This document shows positions 1-8,200 of a DNA stretch of 20,000 bases, piece after piece. The stretch's first letter is position 1; each line of letters opens with the position of its first letter. The notes under the pieces are model-generated. The model did no database searches and had not been told where the DNA came from. It saw only the letters and a list, made by a program, of their open reading frames with translations. Where the stretch lies: positions 54,088 to 74,087 of IMG/VR virus record IMGVR_UViG_3300021519_000008. One strand, given 5' to 3'. The DNA comes from an uncultured virus (IMG/VR IMGVR_UViG_3300021519_000008) (taxonomy: Duplodnaviria; Heunggongvirae; Uroviricota; Caudoviricetes). The position numbers and the translations under genes were made by a program.

Positions 1-1
1 T

Positions 2-217
2 ATGACTCAAAAAGGAGTTATGGCTTATCGTAGAGCTAACCCTGGATCTAAACTAAGTACAGCAGTAACAGGTAAGGTTAAAGCAGGCAGCAAAGCAGCT
101 GGTCGTAGAAAATCTTATTGTGCTCGTTCATTAGGACAGTTACGTGGATCTAAACAATCTACACAGAATGATCCTAACAGCAGAATACGTCAAGCACGTA
201 GACGCTGGAAATGTTAA
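2..217 (+). CDS. Small basic phage protein (DUF6321-like), probably 5'-truncated by the window edge
   Basis: ORF track 71 aa. The motif string KGV.AYRRANPGSKL...RRKSYCARS...DPNSR...RRWKC matches, from memory, a conserved phage family of unknown function. The ATG lies at the window edge, so the true start may be upstream. Confidence 0.7.
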   Translation: MTQKGVMAYRRANPGSKLSTAVTGKVKAGSKAAGRRKSYCARSLGQLRGSKQSTQNDPNSRIRQARRRWKC

Positions 218-242
218 ACTAAAATAAACTAAAACTAAATAC

Positions 243-398
243 ATGGCAGCTAAAGCATCTAAATCAAATACATCTTCATCTTCAAAGTTTACAGTTAAAC
301 CTAAGGTAAGAAGAAAGGGAGTTGTAGCAAAGACTAAAGCATCTAAGCTAAAGTCTAGCAAAAATTATCTCAAGAAAAAAGTTGGGCAAGGAAAGTAA
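243..398 (+). CDS. 51 aa very basic K/S-rich small protein (missing from ORF track)
   Basis: Manual translation: MAAKASKSNTSSSSKFTVKPKVRRKGVVAKTKASKLKSSKNYLKKKVGQGK. It has an A-rich leader, fills the gap between two plus-strand genes, and its stop TAA (396-398) overlaps the next ATG (TAATG). Confidence 0.8.
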   Translation: MAAKASKSNTSSSSKFTVKPKVRRKGVVAKTKASKLKSSKNYLKKKVGQGK

Positions 399-1129
399 TG
401 ATAGTCTACAAAGCAACTAACCTAATTAATGGTAAAGTATATGTAGGTTATACAACTAAGACTTTAGATCAAAGAATTAAAACTCATTTAAATAAAGCAA
501 ACTGTTTAACTCAAAAACACTACACTCAAGCTTTTAAATTAGCTTTAAGAAAATATGGTGTAGAAAGTTTTTTTTGGGAGGAACTTGTTGTATGTACTAC
601 TAAAGAAGAGGCGTGTGAAAAAGAGAAAGAATTTATAGCTAAATATAATTGTATTGCTCCATTAGGGTATAACATGACTTTTGGAGGAGAGGGAGGAATA
701 CAGTCAGAAGAAGTAAAAATTAAAATATCAAACTCTCTCAAACTTCGTTACTTAAGTAATCCTGAGTTGTGGACTAACAGTGTTTTAGTTAATGCAGATA
801 CAGAACAGAGAAAGTTATATGCAAAGAAAGCAGTTGCTACTAAAGTAAAGAATGGGTTTAAATACAAAACAGGATTCACTAGATCTATAGAATCTAGAGA
901 AAAGATGAAAAGTACTAAAAGAGAAAAAAATGCTTGTACTTGGTATAACTTTAAGACAAAAACTTTTGTAATAGCAGCAGTTCCAGATATGGGTGAACTT
1001 ACGGGATTATCTGTTGGAACATTTAATCATCTAAAACATGACAGAATTCATATTACTAAATGTGGGTGGCTATACGTTCCAAAAGAATCTTCTTACATAG
1101 AATTAGAAAAATCAGTAAAAAAGGGTTGA
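398..1129 (+). CDS. Free-standing GIY-YIG homing endonuclease (Seg/I-TevI-like) with NUMOD3-like DNA-binding motifs
   Basis: N-terminal IVYKATNLINGKVYVGYT...R..TH, followed by E.E..FI and GYNMT.GG. NUMOD3-like segments QSEEVKIKIS and RSIESREKMK. Cys-rich with a TGA stop, unlike the neighbouring genes. Confidence 0.9.
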   Translation: MIVYKATNLINGKVYVGYTTKTLDQRIKTHLNKANCLTQKHYTQAFKLALRKYGVESFFWEELVVCTTKEEACEKEKEFIAKYNCIAPLGYNMTFGGEGGIQSEEVKIKISNSLKLRYLSNPELWTNSVLVNADTEQRKLYAKKAVATKVKNGFKYKTGFTRSIESREKMKSTKREKNACTWYNFKTKTFVIAAVPDMGELTGLSVGTFNHLKHDRIHITKCGWLYVPKESSYIELEKSVKKG

Positions 1130-1150
1130 GAAATCAACCCTTGCTTTTTT
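1121..1150 (+). terminator. Rho-independent terminator
   Basis: Perfect 9 bp stem AAGGGTTGA (1121-1129) / TCAACCCTT (1134-1142) with a GAAA loop, then GC and a T6 tract (1145-1150). It overlaps the endonuclease stop codon. Confidence 0.85.
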
Positions 1151-1172
1151 ATCTTAATCTTGTATATTTGTA
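1141..1172 (+). promoter_or_regulatory. Bacteroidota sigma-A type promoter (TTG-N19-TATATTTG) for the cargo operon
   Basis: TATATTTG at 1163-1170 matches the TAnnTTTG -7 consensus, and TTG at 1141-1143 lies 19 bp upstream. Intergenic, right after the terminator stem. Confidence 0.75.
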
Positions 1173-1233
1173 TAACTGGCTTAAACTCAAGCAGTTATTA
1201 ACTTTCTATGTTAATAACATAAATAATTAAAAC

Positions 1234-3588
1234 ATGTTACGATACTCGCTTTACAAAAAATTTGGCACTGGGGGATCAAATGATACTCCTAATGAAGAAG
1301 GCATTAGTATACCTACTGTAGAAGACTTGAATGCAGTAATGCAAAAAGAGTTTGCTCAACCTAATCCGTCTACACTAGGTAAACCCTTTGCTCCTAAGGG
1401 AAGTTATAGGAGTTCTTTAATGCCTGAAGGTACAATTACTTCAGAAGGAACTACTTATGAGCCTGGAACATTTAACGATGCTTCTAAAACTCTTAATTTT
1501 CTTTATAGTAATACAGGTACTAAGGCAAATGAAGGTCAGCCTAAGCCTGAAGGCAACCAAGATAACCAAACAAGAGACGCAATCTCTTTAGGACTTCTAG
1601 GATTAGATGCAGGACTTGCATACAATCAAGACCTAAAGAATGAACGTACTCTTAACGAATCAATACAACAAAGAAATTCTAAACCTCGTTCTGATGTCAA
1701 CTATCAATATGGTCGTACAACAAGTGGTGGTACAGAGTTTCAACCTACAATAAAAGTAGAAATGGGTGCACAAATAAAAAAACGTTATGCTTCTAATGGA
1801 GCAAATGATGTAGAGATTGAAGGTGGAGAATTTATCCAACTTCCAAACTTTGAAACAGAAATGGCTACAGGCCCTTCTCACTCTAATGGGGGGATACCTA
1901 CAAACCTTCCTGATCAAACTAAAGTATACTCTAACAATCTAAAGCCAGAAGGTTCTAAGAAGACCTTTGCTCAGATTGCTAAGAACTACGACATTACTTC
2001 TTACAAGAAGACAATGGATAATCCTTTTGCTAAGCAGGTTGATAAAGACACTGCTAGTATTATGATGCAACGTAATCAAAAAATACTTGATGATTTATTT
2101 AATGATCAACAGGCTCTTAATGGAAATTCTAACGGAGAGATGGAAGCAAAGAATGGAGCAAGCATTAACAATGCAGGCTTCAAAGCACTTCCTCAAAGTG
2201 TGCAAGATAAAATACTTGCAGAAATGCAGTACGGAGGATACGCTAAAAGAGAACAAGGAATGTTACCTATGGCAGTTGATGGAGTACAAATAGAAGATAT
2301 AACTAACCCTTACGAAAAAGGAAACTTTCCTCCTAAGTCGGTTTATCCTTATGATCCAAAGAAGGCTGCTATGCCTGCATATACAGCAGACGAAACTACA
2401 TTTTTAACAGGTATGGATTCTAGGTTGTCTCCTAGTCAAGAGATGGTTCCTGGAATACAACCAGGATCTACTAGTGGTGTTTATGGAGATCAATCTAATA
2501 TGGATGTTTTTAATAGGAACTATGATTGGTATCTTAAAGATCTAGCTGCTAAAGGAGAGACTTACGATCCTAAAAGAAAAGGAGATTCTTACAAAGCACA
2601 GGTTGCTTTTAATGAAGAAGCGTATAACAGATTTAGAAAACAAGGCTTAGGAGAAGAAGACGCACGTAAAAGAGTAAACGAGATTGGCTTTGATGTTAAA
2701 ACAGGATTACAAAACTCGTTAGATGACAAGTTAGGAAAGTATACAGCAACACGTATACTACCTGATGGAACTCCTGTTACTCCTGTTACTCCAACAGGTA
2801 CTTCAGGTATACCTCCAGGTACAACCCCAGAGAAAGGTAAAAGTACGACTCCTAATACAGAACCTAGTAAAGAACCTACAAAAGATCCTGTTACAGGTAG
2901 AACTTTTACAGGAGTAGGAGAACCTAATAAAGGAAAGTATATTCCAGGACAGTTTCCTTTGTATCAAGCTATTCCAGAAGCTATGGGACTTGCTCAGTCA
3001 CAAGAAATTTATCCATATGCTATTCCTGAGATAGATGCTCCTTATCTTCGTCCTCAGACTTTGAACATTCAAAGCGAGTTACAAGATATTGACAGTATGG
3101 CAACAGCAACTCAGAGAGCAGGTGGAGATCCATTAACTACTTATATAGCAGGACTAGATGCTAAACAAAGAGCATTTGGTGCTAAGCAAAACTACGATGC
3201 AAATGCACGTGCTGCTGCAGATCAAGCTAATGCTTCATCACAGTTTAATGCTGATCGAGTTAACATGACTGCTTTTGATCAAGTTTATAATACTCAAATA
3301 GCTAATGCAAGAGATGCTCAGTCTTACGAAAAGAATAAACAAGTCAATAGTTTAGTTAATAAGAAAGCTCAGTTTACTCAAGAAGAAAATAAAAAATCTG
3401 CTTACATTAACAACTTAATTGAGAACTATGATGTTGACTCTAAGGGTAACTTTACTTTGAAACCAGGCAAGAATCCAATTATAAACAATACACCTAGTAA
3501 AAACGTAGATGCCTCTACTACAGCTATTTCTCCAACCAAAGCTAAAACTAAAGGTAAGAACGGAATGTATAAAAAATCTAAATATTAA
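1234..3588 (+). CDS. Putative virion cargo/internal (ejection) protein, 784 aa
   Basis: Long ORF without Cys. Motif VEIEGGE...GPSHSNGG...KVYSNNLK...TFAQIAK, recalled from crAss-like structural proteins. P/T-rich linker, Q/A/N-rich coiled-coil C-terminus, located upstream of the virion RNAP. Confidence 0.65.
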   Translation: MLRYSLYKKFGTGGSNDTPNEEGISIPTVEDLNAVMQKEFAQPNPSTLGKPFAPKGSYRSSLMPEGTITSEGTTYEPGTFNDASKTLNFLYSNTGTKANEGQPKPEGNQDNQTRDAISLGLLGLDAGLAYNQDLKNERTLNESIQQRNSKPRSDVNYQYGRTTSGGTEFQPTIKVEMGAQIKKRYASNGANDVEIEGGEFIQLPNFETEMATGPSHSNGGIPTNLPDQTKVYSNNLKPEGSKKTFAQIAKNYDITSYKKTMDNPFAKQVDKDTASIMMQRNQKILDDLFNDQQALNGNSNGEMEAKNGASINNAGFKALPQSVQDKILAEMQYGGYAKREQGMLPMAVDGVQIEDITNPYEKGNFPPKSVYPYDPKKAAMPAYTADETTFLTGMDSRLSPSQEMVPGIQPGSTSGVYGDQSNMDVFNRNYDWYLKDLAAKGETYDPKRKGDSYKAQVAFNEEAYNRFRKQGLGEEDARKRVNEIGFDVKTGLQNSLDDKLGKYTATRILPDGTPVTPVTPTGTSGIPPGTTPEKGKSTTPNTEPSKEPTKDPVTGRTFTGVGEPNKGKYIPGQFPLYQAIPEAMGLAQSQEIYPYAIPEIDAPYLRPQTLNIQSELQDIDSMATATQRAGGDPLTTYIAGLDAKQRAFGAKQNYDANARAAADQANASSQFNADRVNMTAFDQVYNTQIANARDAQSYEKNKQVNSLVNKKAQFTQEENKKSAYINNLIENYDVDSKGNFTLKPGKNPIINNTPSKNVDASTTAISPTKAKTKGKNGMYKKSKY

Positions 3589-3591
3589 ACC

Positions 3592-5277
3592 ATGCCAATT
3601 TCAGCTAACCATAACAGATTTGCAGACTCCCAGTACATATCTGCTTTACCTGCAGATGATCTTATTAACTTAGCAGTTAAGAAGCAAGAGATGTACACTG
3701 AGGGACTTACTAAAGTTCAACAGAGTGTAGACGCTTACGGACAACTCAGAAACAATATCAAGACTGACGTAGAACGTGAGTACTTTGATAAGACAATGGA
3801 CAACCTAGTAAAGACTATTAACAGTAGTGCTGGATTAGACTTTTCTATGAAGGGTAATGTACAAGCAGTCCTAAACATAGGTAAACCTTTAGAAAGAGAT
3901 GAGTATATTACTACAGCTATCTCTAACGGTAATGAGATTACTCGTAGACAAGAAACTTTAGGTAAACTTAAATCTGATGAAAGAAGTGCTGCTAACGATG
4001 CTGACTACTTTGAGGATGTACAAGACTACATGAAGAGTGGTAAACTAGGATACAAACTAGGAAGTAAAGAATATACTCCATACATTGATATCTCAAAAGA
4101 AATCAATGAGCGTATGAAGGGGGCTAAAGAAAATGGTACGGTAGATATTATGATGGATGGTAAGTACATTAAAACAGAATCTACAAAAGGTTTAACTAAC
4201 AATCAAGTTGCTGCAAAAATTAGAGCAGGACTAGGAGGTAAAGAATACAACCAACTTCGTATAGATGCAATGTATGACCTCAAACAACGAGGAGTAGAAC
4301 AAGGACATGCTGAAGTAGTTAATTATTATGCTAATCTTAAACAAACAAGTGAAGCTATTCTATTACAAAGCCAAAACAATCTTAAAGCGGCACAGGATAC
4401 TTATGCTAAAACACCTACAGAAAGTGCAAGACTAGACCTTGAGGCTGTTAGAGGGCCTTTAGAAGAAGCAAGAGTTCAAGTAGAAGTAGCTAATAAGAAC
4501 TTAACTAAAGTATCTGATCCAGCTAACTTTAATCCTAATCAATATGTTAACTTGTTTACGGATAAGTTTATCTCTAATCAGTCTAATGCATATGTTTACA
4601 AACAGGTAGAAGCAAAAATTGAAGCCGATCCTTACGGTACAATTGAAGCAAATTCAAGAAAAGCAATGAACTTGGCTGCTTATAATAGTCAATTACGTAT
4701 GCAAGAGAATGAACAAAAATCAAATTTAACTTCAGCTAAACTTCCTGCAGATGCTCGTGTTATTTCTGGTCAAGACGTCTATGACTTAGGAGGTGATCCA
4801 ACTAAACTGATGGATGCAATAGTACAGAACTCTTCTAAAGCAGATCCTAAAATAGGAACTGATATAACAGAAGCTAAAGCTTTATTAGAAAAAGCAGCTA
4901 TCTCTACTAATCAAGGAAGAGCAGATATTCAAAAAGCTATTACTTCGTTAAGAGCTTCTTATAATACTCTTTTGGAAGATCACGATGTGCAAGATAAAGC
5001 TTTAGATGGTCTTATAAGAAAGACTCAAGCAATACTTTCAGGATACAATAACTATGAAAATAAACTTGCAGCTAAAGATAGTAAGTTTAAAAAGGGTGAA
5101 TTCCAAGAAGTTAATTATGGTAAAGGAACTATGCCAGTAGATGAATACTTTAAATTACCTTTTATGCAGTTATTGCAATCCGACCAAACTCAGATATACT
5201 CAAGGGCTCAAAGATCTACTAGTACCAATGATTGGATGAATGGTATGCCTATAGATAATCCTCCAACAACACCATAA
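3592..5277 (+). CDS. Putative virion cargo/ejection protein, 561 aa, helical
   Basis: Long ORF without Cys and with coiled-coil-like composition. N-terminal YISALP...KKQEMY pattern, 3 bp from the previous gene, same operon as the RNAP. Confidence 0.6.
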   Translation: MPISANHNRFADSQYISALPADDLINLAVKKQEMYTEGLTKVQQSVDAYGQLRNNIKTDVEREYFDKTMDNLVKTINSSAGLDFSMKGNVQAVLNIGKPLERDEYITTAISNGNEITRRQETLGKLKSDERSAANDADYFEDVQDYMKSGKLGYKLGSKEYTPYIDISKEINERMKGAKENGTVDIMMDGKYIKTESTKGLTNNQVAAKIRAGLGGKEYNQLRIDAMYDLKQRGVEQGHAEVVNYYANLKQTSEAILLQSQNNLKAAQDTYAKTPTESARLDLEAVRGPLEEARVQVEVANKNLTKVSDPANFNPNQYVNLFTDKFISNQSNAYVYKQVEAKIEADPYGTIEANSRKAMNLAAYNSQLRMQENEQKSNLTSAKLPADARVISGQDVYDLGGDPTKLMDAIVQNSSKADPKIGTDITEAKALLEKAAISTNQGRADIQKAITSLRASYNTLLEDHDVQDKALDGLIRKTQAILSGYNNYENKLAAKDSKFKKGEFQEVNYGKGTMPVDEYFKLPFMQLLQSDQTQIYSRAQRSTSTNDWMNGMPIDNPPTTP

Positions 5278-5288
5278 AATCCTAACTA

Positions 5289-8200
5289 ATGCCTATAGAA
5301 CCTGTATATAATGTACCTCCTAAGAGTGGGATACTAACTAGTCGGACAGTAAAATTAGGAGATACTGAAGCGTCTAGAGGATTGGTTGATGCTGATATTA
5401 GTGCTAGAAATACTCAAGCACAAGTAGCTCAGATTAATCAACAAAAAGAAGCTATTAAATTAAAAGCAGCTAATGATGCTAAGATTGATGGAGCATTGAC
5501 AACTGCAGCACAAGTTAATTTAGAAAGTGCAGGAGCATTAAGACCAGGAATTCTATTTGCTCTTCCAAGTGCTAAAGGAACAATGGGTCCTCAGTTGACT
5601 ACAGAGTATCAGCTAGTTAACCAAGAGAAAAATAGATCTAAGCAAATTCTTACAGAAAGCTTTGCAGAGAAAGATCCTATCTCAGAAGAGTTAGATAAAA
5701 AACTAGGTCAAGTAGAAGATGAATTGAATGCTTTTACTTCTAGAAAACAACAAGGTTCTGCTATTACTAGTGTAGGAGCAGAAGCAGGAGGAGGAGCAGG
5801 AGGATTTTTACAAGACTTTATTGCAGAGAAGGCTTTAGGACAAGACACTAGTTTAAATAAAGAACAAGAATTAAAGAATACTATTGCTAATCTTAAACAG
5901 AGTCAAGCAACTATAAACTCTTTTAAATCCGATCTACAACTAAAGAAATTCACTACAGATTATCTGACTGAGTTAAAAGGACAAGGTAAGAAGTTTGGAG
6001 AACAAGAAGCAGCAACTCTAATGCAGAAAGCAAAAGAGATTACAGCAAACCAAAGACATCTTACTAGAGGAGACGATTTGTATGATGACAACACATACAA
6101 TACTTATATAAAAGACTTTCAGGGAAAGAATGATTTCTTTGACTGGAGACATACAGACATAAGTTTAGGTAATGCAATAAACTCTGTTTACAATCAAGTA
6201 AAATCTGCACAAGGTCCTGAGAGAGAAGAGTTAGTAGGAGTTCTTAACCAATTACAAGGTTATAGTAAAAGACATGAAGGTTCTAACAAAGACGCTTACG
6301 ATCATTACTACGGGGGATCAAAACAATACTACAAAGAGAATACTCCTTGGAAAACTTATTTAGGTAACCAAATTGGAGGAGGAGTTGGAGAAGGATTATA
6401 CAATGCTTTAGGTACAATAGTTAGTACTTCTCAAGATCTACTAGGATACCACTCTGCTGCATTTGCTTCTAGACAAGGTAAGGATAAATACTTTTCAGCT
6501 GACATGCTTCAAGCAGACTTAGATGGAGATGGTAGGATTACAGAAAGAGACCAAGACATTAATGGTCAATATCAGTACATTGGAAAAAATGTTACTTATA
6601 TAAAAGCAGGAGATGGACCAGATAAAAAAGGAAGGGGTGATATAGGTTTTATTGGTCAATCTGTTTTAGGAGCTTCCGTAAGGACTCTTGCAGAAATGGC
6701 ACCTACTTTATTACTTACTAGAGGTATGATGGCAGCAGGTGCTGGCATGCGAATAGCAACCTTTGCTCCAGTTGCTTTAACTTCTACTATTCGTTCTTAT
6801 GAAGAGAATAGAAAGTTCTTTAAAGACAAAGGAACTGCAGCGTTAGTAAGTTCTGTTCAGGGAATTATTGAAGGAGCAACTGAATCTATTGTTCCAGACA
6901 TTAGTTACTTTATGGGTAACAAGTCTCTAGGAACAAAAGCTTTAAACAATAGTAGTAGAAAATACTTTACAGCTCAAACCTTAGTTCCTGAGTTTACAAC
7001 ACTTTCTAATGCAGGTAAAAACTTTCTTTTAGGAACAGTCTATGCAGGAAAAGCTTTAGGTAAACAAACTTTACAAGAAGGTGCTGAAGAAGAACTTTCC
7101 ATGTTTGCTAATTATATCTTAGATAAACAACTTGAAACAAAAGATGATCTTTATGGAAAGAGAGAACAAGAGTTGGATGATAGCAGTGTAGAAGGATTCT
7201 TTAAGTCAGTAGCAAAAACATTTGTAGAATCTGCAGCTGCAGGATTACTTATGTCTGGTACTGCTATAGGAAGTTCTCGTACAGAGGATAGGAACTATAT
7301 GCGATTTAACATTGCAAATAATCCTGATCAGTTTAAGGCAGAACTAAAAAGCCAACTAGAAGCAAAGAAGATTACACAAGATCAATATAATAAAGGAATC
7401 TTGGAGACAGGTCGCTTAAGTCAATTACAAGAACAAGCGACAAGTACTATGATGAATCTAGTAGACTCAGAAAATCTATTAGAAGATCATGACAAACAAT
7501 ACGAATACTTTTCTAAATTACTAACTAGAGATGATCTATTAACTAAAGTAGATTATAATGCTTTGTCTGAAACAGAAAAAGCAGAATACGTTAAGAAAGT
7601 AGAGACTGTAGAAAAAGAGATAGATAGCTTTGAAAATTCAGCAAGACAGTATGCAAACATGCCTAAAGAAGAGAAAGAAGGCATACTGGCTAAAATGTTT
7701 CAGAAGAATCTTGAAACTGTAAAGAACACAAATAATCCTGCAGTACTTTCAGAAAACTTAGAAGCTATTACAGACGCAATTGAGATAGGAGAAAAGACAG
7801 GTAAAGGTTCTCAAGTAGTAATATCAGGAAGACAACAAGTAAGAGAAGCTTTAGTAGGACAGATAGAAAGACTTCAAACTGTAGAGGATAATGGGAACAC
7901 TGTATATGAGAATCAATTATTAAATACTCCTATAGAATCTGCTGGAGAGTCTATGCAGATAAGTAATGCTGTTAAGTTAGAAAACCTATTGACTCAAAAT
8001 AAAAACTTAGTCAGCCCTGCAGTAAGACAACAGTTACTTGGTAAGATTGCTCAGGCTTCTAGTGTTGCAAGAGAAAGACTTAATAGCCTTTCTAAGAAAG
8101 AACAGAAGAAAGTTATTGCTAGAGAATTAGCAAGAGTAGAATTAATATACCCTGGTACTGCTTTTAATAAAGAAAGATTAAAGACATTATTTGGTCAAGA

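Noticed and set aside
209..217. First ORF also ends in KC*, with the same AAATGTTAA as the RNAP
   Set aside because: This protein has an internal Cys (SYCAR) that could pair within the chain, and the next gene has no Cys, so it does not fit the junction-paired pattern.
398..1230. Group I intron surrounding the GIY-YIG gene
   Set aside because: The flanking genes appear complete, a terminator and promoter follow directly, and there is no room for or sign of an intron core.
2087..2293. 68 aa alternative-frame plus-strand ORF
   Set aside because: Nested in the 784 aa gene with no motif or initiation signal, so likely chance.
2770..2792. 9 bp tandem repeat ACTCCTGTT (about 2.5 copies)
   Set aside because: Encodes TPVTPVTP in a P/T-rich linker, which is ordinary low complexity.
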